DNA of 62,998 nucleotides, filler included, from Reclinomonas americana ATCC 50394 (GCA_048213135.1; 4 parts of 2 records of this genome joined end to end with filler, not necessarily neighbours in it); one strand, 5' to 3'. Shown: positions 1-13,900, counted from the first letter of the whole stretch. A program made the numbers and translations. Notes: generated by a model from the letters alone, not told the origin.

Positions 1-688
1 CGAGAGACAAAAGGCTCAAAGTGAAAAAGTGGTGAACTCTGCTCACCGCAAGGACACCGAGTAATCTGCACAATCTCACAATGGGCACTCCCTTCTCGCA
101 GCTGCTGACATCATGCACCATGCCGCTGCCACGAACAAAGAAGAACCATGTGTTGTTATTCTCGAACACGGCTGGACTTGGGAAACAAAACGGGTAAGGT
201 CGAGTTCATTTGTTGCTGAGTGAGCGACATAATGGCTGCCTCCGGGTGGATGCACGCAAAACAGAATTCATTCACCTCGTGCAGCTGCATCATGGCCCCA
301 ATTCCAAACATTCTTCACTTGCCTTGCTCTTCTTCCTGCGGCAACAACAATAGTCAGCTGCATGAAGAGAGAACTCACATGCAGAGTGTATATCCCGCAC
401 AAAGAAGACAGCTGGTCAAGTGCGTCCCATTTGGCGCGCTTGGTATTCAGCTTTCTTCTTAATGTCTGACAAGCTCCATCGATCTCACAAAACAACATGC
501 ATGTGTTGCCTGCCAAGGGAAACCTTTCTCCCTCTCTCTATTCTCTCTCACAGTCACTCACTCCAACCCCCTCGCAACTCACCGGTGCAGACACATCATT
601 TCGTCCATCCACAGCAATGCCTTGCTCTCCACATCAAGCTCCTCTTCCTNNNNNNNNNNNNNNNNNNNNNNNNNNNNNNNNACGTCAG

Positions 689-3600
689 TTACGATGCTGG
701 CACGACATGCAGCAACACCAGTTGCTCTCAGATTGTTTCATTCGGAGCACTCACCAGCACGCTCAATCTCCGCTGTCGTAAGGCAACCGTTTCGAAGTAG
801 AGTGGCCAGCAGGCCAGGGCAAGTGTGGAGCACATGCATGGCCTGTGTGACAAACGGCAGAAGAACATTTGACTTGTTGAACTTAAGCAACTCTCCTGAT
901 TCCTGTCACACGAAACGAGAAAGTTGAGTCACCAATCACCGAAGCTCCAGCACAAAACCACGACGGTCCACATACCTCAGAGTAGCCACGCTCGTCAATC
1001 ACAATCAGTGGTCTCTCGACAGCATCCACCAGCTCAGCTCCTCGAAGTCCGCTATTCTGATGATTACATACACATTCGTGTCGAGTCAGCAAGCAGGCAC
1101 GTCACTGTCGAATGTAGATCAAAGTCAACACGGAGACACTCACCTCGATGAAATCGCTCACGCTCTGGAGCACACCCTCCACTGACTTGGGCGTTGTGCC
1201 GCGTGCCTTGTCGGCACTATTGGCAAGACTCTTGCCAAATGCAGACATGACTGCAGATGACGGGCAGCCGGGTCCCTCTGACGGCACTTCGCATTCGTCA
1301 CAGGCAAGCTGGCAGAGAATGCGCAGATGATGGAGGACTGTGCATCTCATCCCCACGGGTGCCATGAAACCGAATGCTTTCACCAGTATCCTCTTCCTGT
1401 TGCAACCCTACTCCGAGGCGAGGTGAGCAGATGAGAGTGACAGCATTTTCAGTGACATGCAGAGAGATAACAGCAACACGAAACAAGCAGTTTCGCCAGC
1501 ATCAGTTGCTCGTTGATGCTCAACTTTGCAGGATCAGTCTTTCTGCGCTGTGAAACACAAGCCACGCAGTATGAAGATATACCCCTCGCATCTCACTGAA
1601 GAGAGCGTCGGGCGTACCTTCTTTCCCCTCGCGTCATCATCCTCATTCTCGCTGTCGTCATCATCTTCTTCCTGCTCACCCTCCCTCTCCTCCTCTTTCT
1701 TCACCATCTCCATCTCCCTGACGACTGGTCACTTGCTTGTCAGTACATGCATGCACAACACAGCCACGAAGACAAGCAGTCCAACCTCTTTCACTGCACC
1801 ACTCGACGGCGCGTGCAATCTCCGCCTCCGACAAACAGCCGTCCCGAAGCAGAATGACCAGCAGACCAGGGCAGTTGTGCAGAGCCTGCCTGGCCTGGGT
1901 AACGAACGGCAGAAGAAAATTTGGAGGGCCTCCCTTCTGCGACTTTGCTGCTGATTCCTACCATCCGACCCACATCAATGTGAGCCAACTTTCAACGACG
2001 TACATCAGCACACACAATCTCACACGCACCTCAGAGTAGCCACGCTCGTCGATCACAATCATCGGTCTCTCGACAACATCCACCAGCTCAGCTCCCCGAA
2101 GACCACTTTTCTGATGGTGACATCCAAGTCGAAGTCGAGTCAGGTATCACGCACATAACAATCGGAAGGACACTGAAACACCACACCGACTCTCACCTCT
2201 ATGAAGTAGCTCATGTTCTCGAGCACGCCCTCCACCGACTTGAGCATTTCGCTGCGTGCGGTTTCGGCACTTCTGGAAAGACTCTTGCCGAATGCAGACA
2301 TGACTGCGGCTGACGGGCAGCCCGGTCCCTTCGACGGCATTCCGCATTCGTCGCAGGCAAGTTGGAAGAGAACGCGCTGATGATGGAGGACTGTGCATCT
2401 CATCACCAGGGGTGCCATTAGACCGAATGCCTTCACCAGCATCCTCTTCCTGTTGCAGCGCTGCTCTCGAGAGATGCATGGGTGGATGAAAGTGAGCAGG
2501 TTATGACAGTATCAGTGGCGGCATGCAGAGAAACACGCAACAAGCAATCTCGCCAACATCAATTGCTCATTGACGCTCAACTTTGCAGGATTACTCTTGC
2601 GGCGCTGTGAAACGCAAGCCACGCAGTATTAAGATGTGCCTCTCGCATCTCACTGAAGTGAGAGTCGGGCGTACCTTCTTTCCCTTTGCGTCATCGCCCT
2701 CATTCTCGCTGTCGTCATCATCTTCTTCCTGCGCACACTCCCTCTCCTCCTCTTTCTTCGCCATCTCCATCTCCCTGACGACTGATCACTTGCTTGTCAG
2801 CACATGCATTATCCCGCCACGAAGACAAGCAGCCAAACCTCTTTCACTGCACCACTCGGCGGCGCGTGCAATTTCTGTCTGCGAAAGGCAGCCGTCCCGA
2901 AGCAGAGTGGCCAGCAGGTCTGGACAGCTGCGGAGTGCCTGCCTGGCCTGGGTAACGAACGGCAAAAGAAAATTAGGAGGGCCTCTCTTCTGCGACATTG
3001 CTGTTGATTCCTACCATCCGAGCCACTGCAATGTGAGCCAGCTGTCAATGACGCACATCAGCACACACAGTTCCACGCGCCTCAGAGTAGCCACGTTCGT
3101 CAATCACAATCAGCGGTCTCTCGACAGCATCCACCAGCTCAGCTCCCCGAAGACCACTCTTCTGATGGCGACATCCACGTCGAAGTCGAGTCAGGTATCA
3201 CGCACATAACAATCGGAAGGATACTGAAACACCACACCGACACCCACCTCTACGAAGCTGCTCACACTCTCGAGCACGCCCTCCACTGACTTGGTCGTTG
3301 AAGTGCGTGCCGTTTTGGCACTCTTGGCAAGACTCTTGCCAAATGCAGACAAGACTGCGGCTGATGGGCAGCCTGGTCCCTTCGATGGTATTCCGCATTG
3401 GTCACAGGCAAGTTGGACGAGAATGCGCTGATGATGGAGGACTGTGGATTGCAGCGCCACGGGTGCCATTAGACCGAATGCCTTCACCAGCATCCTCTTC
3501 CTGTTGCAGCGCTGCTCCAAGGTGTGGTGAGCAGATGGGAGTGACAGCATTGTCGGTGACATGCATAGAGATAGCAGCAACACGCAACAAGCAGTTTCGC

Positions 3601-6600
3601 CAGCATCAATTGCTCGTTGATGCTCAGCTGCGCAGGACCACTCTTGCGGCGCTGTGGAGGGCAATCACGACAGAGTTGTCTCGCATCTAACGGAAATGAG
3701 CGACGTACCCTGCCATCGTCTTCATCCTGCTGCTCGTCCTCCCGCTTCTCCTCTTTCTTCGCCATCTCCAACCCCCTCAGTGCTGTTCAGTCGTTGGTGA
3801 GCACATGCAGTGTGCAGCCATGAAAGTCACACAGCCGAACCTCGTGCACTGCACCACTCGACGGCGCGCGCAAACTCAGCCTCGGACAGACATCCGTCTC
3901 GGAGCAGAGTGGCCAGCAGACCAGGGTAGTTATGGAGAGCCTCCACGGCCTGTGTGACAAATGGCACAAGAGGGTATTGCTTGTTGTGCCGCATCCTTGG
4001 CAAGCGCGATGACTCCTGACAACCGAATTCCAGAGCACAGAATGTGAGAAAGCACCATTCACGACACAAAGTACACAGAGCACAAGACAGCCACACCTCA
4101 GAATAGCCGCGTTCATCCACCACAACCACAGGTCTCTGAATGGCGTCCGTCAGGGCAGCACCGCGCAGTTCGCTCTTCTGCATCATGGCACACATATCAG
4201 CGCTGCTCATTGACCCAGAAACGCGAGATGGGCGCTGCTCACCTCGATAAAGTCGCTCATCATCTGCAGCACTCCCTCAACTGACTTGGGCGTCTTGCCC
4301 CGTGCCGACTCGACGACACTGACAATACCCCTGCCAAATGAGCTCATGACTGCCGACGACAGACAATTTGCTTTCGATGAAGCAACGCCACACTCCTTGC
4401 ATGCCAAGTCAACAAGAACACACTGATGATGGCGAACTGTGGAACCCATCACGGTCGGTGCCATGATGCCAAAGGCCTTCACCAATATCTTCTTCTTGTT
4501 GCAGCACTGCCCCCGCATGGAACATATCGGTCACTCAATCAGCCAGACGACTGCCAGAGAAGGACATAAATGCAAACACACGTAACAACAAGCCTTGCCA
4601 GCAACAGCTGTTCGTCAATGCTCATTGTTGCAGAACCACTCTCTCGTCGCTGTGGACACACATCATGAGATGCTGTCACAGTGTGCACAACCGCCCCACC
4701 ATCCATGGTCGTACCTTGCTCCTTTCACCATCGCCCATGTCCTCGTCCTCATCGTCGTCCATTTCCTCCCTCGAATCATCCTCCCGTTCCTCCTCCTCCT
4801 CCTTCATCTCTTCTTTCTTCATCACCTTCGCCTCCAGCAGAGCTGCATCTCACATGTCAGTCCTGACCCCAAGCACGATAGGACGTACCCGATGCCATCA
4901 GACCTCTTTCGGCGCACCACTCGACGGCCCGTGCGATCTCCACTTCCGAGAGACAGCCGTGTCGAATCAACGACGTTTGCAAGCCAGGACACTCACGCAG
5001 GGCCTGCGCGGCTTGGGAGACGAGCGGCAGGAGCCGGTCCGTGCTCCTCCCTTTACTCGCCACCGTCTGCCATGACTCCTACAGCACGACCGACATCGTG
5101 GAAGATGCATGCAAGTCAACAACTCAACGCAGAAATACAAGAAGCACACAGTGAAAAATTGGCGCACCTCAGAATAACCACGTTCATCCACCACAATCAG
5201 TGGTCTCTCGATGGCATTCGCCAGTGCGGCGCCGCGCAGTTCACTCTTCTGTGCAGTTGCACACGCATCGTTGTTGGCTCCCTTTCCAGATATGTGTGAA
5301 ATAGATCGCACAGACAGATACTCACCTCGATGAGCTTACTCATGCTCTGGAGCACTCCTGCAACTGATTTGGGTGTCTTGGCGCGTGCACTTTGGACGAA
5401 TAAACCAAGGCTCTTGCCGAATGAGTCCATGACTACGGAAGACGGAGAGCCAGCTCCTGATGAAGGAATGCCACACTCCTTACAGGCGAGTTCAGCGAGA
5501 ACGTGCTGATGATAGAGGACGGCGTTTCCCTTCAGAATAGGTGCCATGATGCCGTATGCCATCACCAGTATCTTCTTCTTGTGGCATCGCTGTCCACATA
5601 CACAATGCAACAAGTGTTACGACAAGCATGTACACGGAAGAATAAATCACTCAGCCTTGGTAAGGTGCTGTGGACATGCACACGACACGCAACAAGCAGT
5701 CTGTCCAACACCATTCGCTCGTCCTTGCTCATCCCCGCATCAAACGTATGGCGACCACACTTGACCCGCTGCAAATGCACACGCAACGCGACATCCACAA
5801 TCAACAAATCTGCCTCCCAAGCCATACACAGACATTGTATCATCTACCTTCCTCGGCTTCGATTCTTCGTCACTATCACTGCCTGCATCCACCTGTGAAC
5901 ACAAGACATCAACGCTTGACCGAGTCCAGGAAGACTCGCACATTCGCTACAAGCCTCTCTTACTCATGCACTATTGCTGCGTACCTTGGTGTCATCGTCT
6001 TCAAGCTTGACGGCATCCTTCTCTTCTTCCACCTCCTTCTCCTCCTTCACCACCATCTTCACATCGCCAGATTCTGTGTGGTGCTGATCAACACCAATGC
6101 AAGCAGCACTAACTGCCACTTGAGATCGCAGACCTTTCGCGTGGCACCATGCGACGGCGCGTGATATCACGGCCTCAGAGAGGCGACTGTCTCGAAGCAG
6201 AGCAGCCATGAGACCATTGCACTCGCGCAACGCATCCATGGCCTGCTTGACAAACGGCCGAAGGTGGTCTATCTTGGCCTTGTTTGAGGGGCGCAAAATC
6301 TCCCACGACTCCTGTCACATTCAAACAGAGTGAATGAAAATATCAATAGGCATGATCACAAAAGGCACTGAAGATCATGCAACAGAGCTGACCTCCGAAT
6401 AACCGCGCTCATCCACCGCAATCAGTGGTCTCTCAACAGCATCCACCAGAGCCGCGCCACTGAGTTGGCTCATCTGCACATTGCAATCATCTGCATGTTG
6501 GTTCATACGCCACGACCGTCTCGTGCACATGCTAGCTCACCTCGATGTACTTGCCCACGCTCTGAAGCACGCCCTCCACTGACATGTATGCTCCGATGCG

Positions 6601-7610
6601 CGAATTACGGGCAGTATTACCAAGCTTCTTGCCAAATGCACACTTGACTGCAGATGACGAGCGGCCCGCTGCCGACATCGGAATTGCGCAGTCGTCACAG
6701 GCCAGCTCAAAGAGAGCATTCTGATGGTGGATGACTGTGGATGGCCGAACAACGGGTGCCATTAGGCCGAATGCCTTCACCAGCACCCTCTTTCGATTGC
6801 ATCGCTGCGAGTGACACATGAAGAGATGAGGAGAAGGAGGAGTGCGCTAGGTTGAAACGACGACAGAGAGAATGCACACTCAACGAGCAGCTTGTTCAGC
6901 AACAGCTTCTCGTCTGCGCTCAACTCCACTGGCTCTTTCTCAACTCGAGCCTTGCCACGCTGTGATTCCACGATGACAAAAGAGAACCAGATGCAGATCG
7001 ATGAATAAGCACAACAATGCTCAGCGACAGAAAATCCATACTTTCTTCTTCTTTTTCGGCGGTACAAGCTCGTCATCGCTGGATGCATCCACCTGTGGAG
7101 AACGAAGAGAAACATCAGGTGTCAAAGATGCTGCACAAGAGAGAGGCAAGTGCGACGCGTGCCTCATCGAAGCTCACCTCCAGAGAACGCTTGCGGGACG
7201 ATGTCTCAATTGAGTCACGTGCAGGCAAGTCCTCACTGTGATCCACCTGAGACGAGTCGACTCGCTGCCACCTCGCATGTTGCTGTGCAATCATCACAAG
7301 AGTGAGAGAGAGTTCAGTGAGAGACACGCTCATCTTGGGATGACATACAGCAACTGTACCTCGACGATGCCTTCCATCGCCGTGTGTTCCATGTGCTCCT
7401 GGCGAGCAGCTGTGTGCATGCACCGCAAAGTTGAGACATTACGTGACGCGAGGACATCAAAGACAGCGACAGGAGAGATGGGAGAGAGAGAGAGAGTGAG
7501 AGACGCACCTTGCGCAGCGAGATTCTCCGCGTCACTTTGCGCAGCGGCAATGGCGGCTGTGCTCTCGTCGGTGTGTTTCTTCTTCTTGTCCTTCAAGAAG
7601 CCAGCTAGTT
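689..7610 (-). CDS. Multi-exon protein of unknown function with six tandem copies of a ~200-aa module; 5'-partial
   Basis: Exons splice in frame through GT-AG introns across all six units. The core exon is exactly 264 nt in every copy (6804-6541, 5589-5326, 4506-4243, 3511-3248, 2460-2197, 1407-1144; RCNxKxILVKAFGxMAP...HHQ...LACxEC...KSVEGVLQS..FIE). It is followed by an 81-nt exon (SELRGAxLVDAVERPLIVVDERGYSE) and a PFVTQA...LLRDGCLSEAEIARAVEWC exon, with acidic/basic linker exons between units. Probable stop TAA at 691-689. The first visible exon is at 7610 and the start is lost in the gap. Confidence 0.8.
740..6960 (-). repeat. Intragenic tandem repeat, 6 units of ~1.05-1.3 kb
   Basis: Same exon/intron cassette repeated; the three distal units (e.g. 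1500-2500 vs 2560-3600) are clearly similar even in introns. Confidence 0.9.
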
Positions 7611-7712
7611 CTGCAACGGGGAATGAAACGACGGCAATCCACGATGAGAAGAAGAAGAAGAAGAAGAAGAAGAAGAAGAAGAAGAAGAAGAANNNNNNNN
7701 NNNNNNNNNNNN

Positions 7713-10512
7713 ACTGGAGCAGCTCGTGCAGGAGCGCGATCGCATGGAGCACGGTGTGCTGGTGAGAGAGACAACGAAGCGTTGTCAGCAAGAGTGTGAT
7801 CGTCGCCGACCTAATCTGCGCAGACACCGCAACGGCAACATCGACCCGACGCGGAACGACAGCTGGCCGCCGCGTGTGCCGACGAGGCGGAGGCGGGAGC
7901 GATGTTGGCGCTGTCGGAGATGCTGCGTGGTCGCACGACGGCGGCCACCACACCGTGGTTTGCCGAGTGTGCCATGTTGTGCCACTTGCTGGCGGGCTTT
8001 GCGTTGGCCGCCAGCTTGGAGCACTTTGTGTGGACGCACTCGGATGACATGCAGTGTGCGGCGGTGCGGGAGGCGGCCACAGTGGCGCTGCAGCACGTTG
8101 ATCGAGCGATGCTGGGAGGAGCGTTGGAGTGTCTGGACGAGGTGTTGCACAGGGTGCGTGGGAGGGGGGAAGGGGGGTACGGCAAGAAGGAAGCCGCATC
8201 TCATCTTGTTCGTGCAGGCTATCGAGGTGCTCCTCGATTATGTGGATGTGTACCCGCCAGGCAGCAGCGCGATTCCCTTGTTGTGCACTCCATTGTCGCC
8301 GTCGGCTGCTCGGATGAGGACGGCGGCGGCGGTGGCGGCGGCGGACGAGGCAGTCGAGAGTGTCTGTGTGCCTACCGAGATTCCGCGAATGACCAGAGAG
8401 TCGGCGACACTCAAATCGCCATTGGAGGTGTGGCGACTTTGTGTTGTTTTCGAGATGGTTGGCTGGCTTCTGACTCTCTCGTGCCAGATTGTGCAAGTGA
8501 ATTCGCGCAGCACTGCCGATATTGCTGACAACTCGGTGAGTGCACCCAAGGATAATGTGGAGTCTCCTGGTATTCCGTTCTGTTCTGCACAAATGCATGC
8601 CTCCGTACTCCTTCTCTCTCTTTGTACGACTGCGAGTATCTGTGCTTCCATTTTACAGACTTGGCTGTCTTGTTCGTGTTGATAATTGTTGAGTACTCAG
8701 AAGACACTGTCTCCCCATATTTCCACGTCCCTTTTGTCGCGTGCGTCCTTTTGTTGTTCTCTCAGTTCTTCTTGGTTCCGTTTCTCCTCGGTCCTCCTCT
8801 TTCTCTTCTTCCTCCTCTTCCTCGATCCTCCTCCTCCATTCTTCCATCCTCCTCCTCTTTCTCTTCCTCCTNNNNNNNNNNNNNNNNNNNNTCTTCTTCT
8901 TCTTCTTTCTCTCCTCCTCCTCCCCTCCTTCTCCTCCTCCGTATCCTCCTCCATATCCTCCTACTCCACCATCCTTCTCCTCCTCTTTGTCCTCCTCTTT
9001 CTTCTTCTCCTCCTCCTCCTCTTCCGTCTCCCTCCTCCAATTCCATCTTTCCCTTCGTTCTCTCTTTTCCTTCATGGTGCTGAAGCAGTGATATGCATGA
9101 AGACTTTGTTGAAGGGCTGGCACTTGTTTGCACAGCTATTGCTAACCTTCCTCACTCTCTGTCTTCTGATTTCTCCCTTCACTTCTCTCTCCCAGCTCCC
9201 GACCGTCGCGCTGTCATCCATTCGCTCCGACTACTACATGTGCGAAAAGTCTGTGGTCATTCGTGGCCTCTTCTCCGACTGGCCGGCACTGGAACTGTGG
9301 CCGCAACTTACCACATACTGGCGCCAACGCAAGGAGCTGGCCATGCGCACAGTTTGGTTGGCGGTGACCCCCCTTTCAATGGTATGTTAGCTGACACTGT
9401 CCGCGCGCGCGCGCAGGTGCCCGTGGAAATCGGCCGGTACCACCGTGCGGCGTCGTTCCGCGAGCAGACCATGTTTCTCGGTGATTTCATGGCCGAGTTC
9501 ATGGAGCCGTCGGTGGCCGATCAAGCGCAGCAAATCGCCGGCCTGGCACCGGGAGTCAGTGGCGCCACCGATGGCAGCGTGGATATGTCGCGTGTGGCGT
9601 ATGTGGCGCAGGTGTGCTTTGTTTCTCTCATTGTCAGTGGTGACGATGTCACTCATCCGATTTTGCTTGTCACCAGCACAATCTGTTTGAGCAGATCCCG
9701 GCGTTGGCGGGCGACTTTGAGGTGCCGACGTTGATTTCCATGCTTGGGGAGCTGTCCAAGATCAAGGCGTGGATGGGGACGGCGCACACGGTAATGAGCG
9801 GAGAGGGGGGAGAAGGGAAAGGGATGGGAAGGGGAAGGGGAGAGGGGAAAGGGAGGGAGAGAGAGGGAAAGGGAGGGTTAAGGGGGAGAGAGTGGAAGGG
9901 GAGAGGGAAGGGGAAGAAAGAGAGAGTGGATGAGACAGTAACTGGGAGCGAATGACAAGGAGCCAAGACAAGTCAAGACACAAGAGGTGGCTACAGTGGA
10001 GTGAAGAACGGGACATGTTGTGAAGAGTTACATGAAGATTCAACGAGATAGAGAAGGAGTTGGAGAGAAGGGGGATGGAGAGAGAGAGGAGGGGGTGGGT
10101 AAGGGGGAAGAGAGGGGAAAGGGTCAGGGAGGGAGAAGGGGGAGAAGAGAGATGCGTGCAGTGAGAGGCGACGTGCGCCAGGCGAAGCTAGCACTAGGCC
10201 AAGGCAAGTCGGAAGACAAGTGTGGACTGCAGTGGAGTGAAAAAACGGAACAGGTGGTGGAGAGGAATGGAGAGGGAGCAATCGTGCGAGTCAGGGCGCG
10301 ATCGAGAGGCATGCGAGAAGCCAATAGACAGTGAGAGAGTTTTGATTTGTATACAAAAATGCGAGACAGCTTGTGCCAACGAAGACGGAAAGGAGGGGAA
10401 GCGAATGAGAACATTTATTCGAGCGAGTGGCGACAGCGGACAAGTGTGGAGAGTTGCCTGAGAACAGGAAACGGGAGACTCAACGAGATCGAGAAATGCC
10501 TGTCATCTAAGA

Positions 10513-10547
<35 letters not shown>

Positions 10548-10845
10548 CAACGGAACGAGAAGGTAACAGTGAGTTCGGCAAGCCGACTGCAGACGCAAAG
10601 AAAGACTCAGCACGAGATCGAGAGACTGTGAGAGCAAAAGTAGCAACACGACAACAGAGTGGCAGAAGGCACGAATAGACAAGAGCCAGGAACTCTCCAA
10701 TCTCACCCTCACCCTGTCCCTTCTCCCCTGCCAGGTCACCCCCCTGCACTACGACACCTACGACAGCCTGTTCTGCCAGGTCGCCGGCTACAAATACGTG
10801 CGACTGTACGGGCGCGATCAGAAGCCGCATCTGCACTTGGAGGAG
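7713..10845 (+). CDS. JmjC-domain 2-oxoglutarate oxygenase, JMJD5/KDM8-like; partial at both ends
   Basis: Spliced translation [16 protein letters not shown]...VPVEIGRY...QTMFLGDF...[22 protein letters not shown]...[33 protein letters not shown]. The HxD iron motif is LHYD at ~10745-10756. The N-terminal helical part includes [12 protein letters not shown]. Confidence 0.85.
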
Positions 10846-10889
10846 NNNNNNNNNNNNNNNNNNNNNNNNNNNNNNNNNNNNNNNNNNNN

Positions 10890-10901
10890 TTAATTAATTA
10901 A
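10890..10901. other. Artificial scaffold linker TTAATTAATTAA (stops in all six frames)
   Basis: Isolated 12-mer inside N runs, repeated identically at 21972 and 50521. Confidence 0.97.
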
Positions 10902-10946
10902 NNNNNNNNNNNNNNNNNNNNNNNNNNNNNNNNNNNNNNNNNNNNT

Positions 10947-13900
10947 ATGGAGGATGATGATGATGATGATGGACTGGGAGCGTTCTATCCGACCTGCTCG
11001 CCGTATGCGGCGGGCACGGCGTCGGGCCGGCATTACAAGATCATTAATGATCCGGTGCATGGGCATTTCAGGTTTGTGTGTCTTTTCTTATGCTAGTCTG
11101 TGATTGGTTTGGTTGGTGGCTGATTGACTGGCGTGGCAGGCTGGAGAGTGCGTGTGTCGAGTTTGTTGATACGCCGCAGTTTCAGCGATTGCGGTATCTG
11201 AAGCAGCTTGGTGTGTGGGGCGACACTTGACTTGTCTCTTGTTCTCTGCGCGTCTTTCCTCTTCTTTCTCTTCCTTCGTTTCCCCTTTCTCTTCCCTTCC
11301 CTTCTCTCCTCCTCTCTCCTCTCATTCTTCCCCCTCTTTGCTTCTCTTCTCTCCTCTCTTCTCCTCCTTCTCCTCTCCTCTTCTCTTCTTCGCTTCTCAT
11401 CTCTCCTCCCCTTTCTTCTATTTTCTGTTTCTATTCTCCGCTCTTCCTCTCTACTCACCTGATCTTCTCTCTTTATGCCCTTCACTTGCCTTCCTTTTCT
11501 CCTCTCTTCTCTCCTCTCTTCTCTCTCCTCTTCCTCTTCACTTCCCTCCTCGTCCTCTGTTTCTGTTTCTGTTCTCCACTCTTTCTTCTCCTCTCTCCTC
11601 TTTTCACTTGCCTTCCTGTTCTCCTCTCTTCTCTTCTCACCCTTCTCCTCTCCTCTTCTATTCCCTTCTCCTCTCTTCACCCGTCTTCTGTCGCCTTCTT
11701 TTCTTGTCTTCTCTTTCTTCTTTTCTTTTCTCACTCCTCTCTTCCCCTTCACCTCTCTTCTCACTCTCTATTGTGCAGGTTCCTCGTATTACGTGTTTCC
11801 CGGTGGGTCACACAATCGGTTCGAGCACTGTCTCGGTGAGCGACTGCTGCTGCTTTGTTTGCTCGACTTGTCGTTGTTGTTGGCTGATGCTCTTGCTACT
11901 GTGCAGGCACGTCGCACCTCGCCGGTCGCTGGATCGATCGCATTCGCATATCGCAGCCGGAGCTGGAGGTCACTGAGCACGAGGCCATGATGATCCGCAT
12001 TGCTGGTCTGTCGCTATACAGTGCATAAAGGTGATGGTGTCAATCATGCTCATCAGTTTCCCATCGCAGGTCTGTGCCACGATCTCGGCCACGGTCCGTT
12101 CAGTCACGTGTGGGACAACGAGGTTGTGCGGCGACTGCGGTCAGTGTCTCTGTATTGCCACCGTCACTTCCGCTCTCCTCCTCACTATACCACAGCCCCG
12201 AATCGACCTGGACACACGAAGACGGCAGCAAGATGATGCTGCGGTACCTGATCGACGACAACCACTTGGATTACGACTCGGACGACATTCACTTCCTCGA
12301 GGACCTCATTCACTCGAACAGATCGCCGTTGCGTGTGTTCGACCAATGTGCTGCGCTCCTCTCCTCCTCCTCATTCCCACTTCCCCCGCAGCGGAATGCC
12401 ACCGCGTGAGCGTGAGTTCCTGTACCAGTTTGTCGCCAACACGGAGAACAGTGTCGACGTGGACAAGTTTGACTACATTAGCCGCGACACGATGAACATT
12501 GGTTTCAAGTCGTCGTTTGATCCGTGGCGGTGAGTCCGCGGTGTATGGATTATCGCTGCATGTCATCACCGCGACTGACTTCTTGCGGGCCACCAGACTG
12601 ATGCAATTCAGTCACGTGGTCGGTGGCCGCATCTGCTTCCACGCCAAGGAGGTGTTCAATCTGTACGAGTTGTTCCACACTCGGTACACGTTGCACAAGC
12701 AGGTGTATTCGCATCGGTGAGCTTTCTCTCTCTCCTTGCCCTCTATCCTTTCCCTCTATCCTTGCCCTCTATCCTTCCCCCAGTTCTTTCTCCCTTCTCC
12801 TTCCTGTTGCACCTCCCCCTGTTCCTTCCCCCTGTTCCTTCCCCCTGTTCCTTCGCCCTGNNNNNNNNNNNNNNNNNNNNNNNNNNNNNNNNNNNNNNNN
12901 NNNNNNNNNNNNNNNNNNNNNNNNNNNNNNNNNNNNNNNNNNNNNNNNNNNNNNNNNNNNNNNNNNNNNNNNNNNNNNNNNNNNNNNNNNNNNNNNNNNN
13001 NNNNNNNNNNNNNNNNNNNNNNNNNNNNNNNNNNNNNNNNNNNNNNNNNNNNNNNNNNNNNNNNNNNNNNNNNNNNNNNNNNNNNNNNNNNNNNNNNNNN
13101 NNNNNNNNNNNNNNNNNNNNNNNNNNNNNNNNNNNNNNNNNNNNNNNNNNNNNNNNNNNNNNNNNNNNNNNNNNNNNNNNNNNNNNNNNNNNNNNNNNNN
13201 NNNNNNNNNNNNNNNNNNNNNNNNNNNNNNNNNNNNNNNNNNNNNNNNNNNNNNNNNNNNNNNNNNNNNNNNNNNNNNNNNNNNNNNNNNNNNNNNNNNN
13301 NNNNNNNNNNNNNNNNNNNNNNNNNNNNNNNNNNNNNNNNNNNNNNNNNNNNNNNNNNNNNNNNNNNNNNNNNNNNNTTCCTTCTCCCACTCCCCCCCTT
13401 CCCCTCTTTCCCTCACCCTCCCTTCCCCTATTTCCCCTTTCCCATTTTTGCAGCGTTTCGAAGGCCATCGAATACATGATCACCGACGCCCTGGTCCTGG
13501 CCAACGACTCCCTGCGCCTGGTCGACGCCATCGACGACCCAGAGCGCTACATGCACCTCAACGACTCCGTCCTCAACGCCATCGAAAGCTCGCGTGACCC
13601 GGCGCTGGCCGAGTCGCAGGCCGTCCTGCGGCGTCTGCGCAAGCGACAGCTGTACAAGTTTGTCGACGAGGTCATTATTCCGCCCGAGATGACAGTCAAC
13701 TTCCCGAAGGTGTGCGAGACTGTGCTTCTCCCTTGCTGTCCCTCCAAGCTTATCGCCTTGCAGGTGACTGCCATCGACATTAGCACCTCGCAGAGCAGCG
13801 GCGTGGCGTCGTCGCAAAGCATGTCGTCGTCGTCCCTGCTGTCGCGCATGGGAGGCGGCGGCGGACAGCTGCTGCCCGAGGATCTGATTGTGCAGGATCT

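Noticed and set aside
1-649. Minus-strand continuation of the repeat gene, or an ankyrin-like + strand exon
   Set aside because: Could not build a phase-consistent model on either strand, so left unannotated.
976-1056. LIVIDE as the Walker B motif of an NTPase
   Set aside because: No Walker A (GxxxxGKS/T) in the unit; FGKS sits in a helical context without the upstream Gly.
740-6960. Tandem units as six separate genes or as a transposon or CRISPR-like array
   Set aside because: Linker exons splice in frame with no stops or starts between units, and there are no terminal repeats or spacer structure.
10890-10901. Palindromic TTAATTAATTAA seen three times, as a possible recombination or regulatory site
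   Set aside because: Always embedded in N runs of similar length; it is a standard artificial six-frame-stop linker.
11093-11976. Long ORFs over purine/pyrimidine tracts (also 8622-9133, 13976-14683, 17012-18926, 19545-20232, 28354-29386)
   Set aside because: Low-complexity intronic sequence or ORFs running through N gaps; the flanking exons splice across them.
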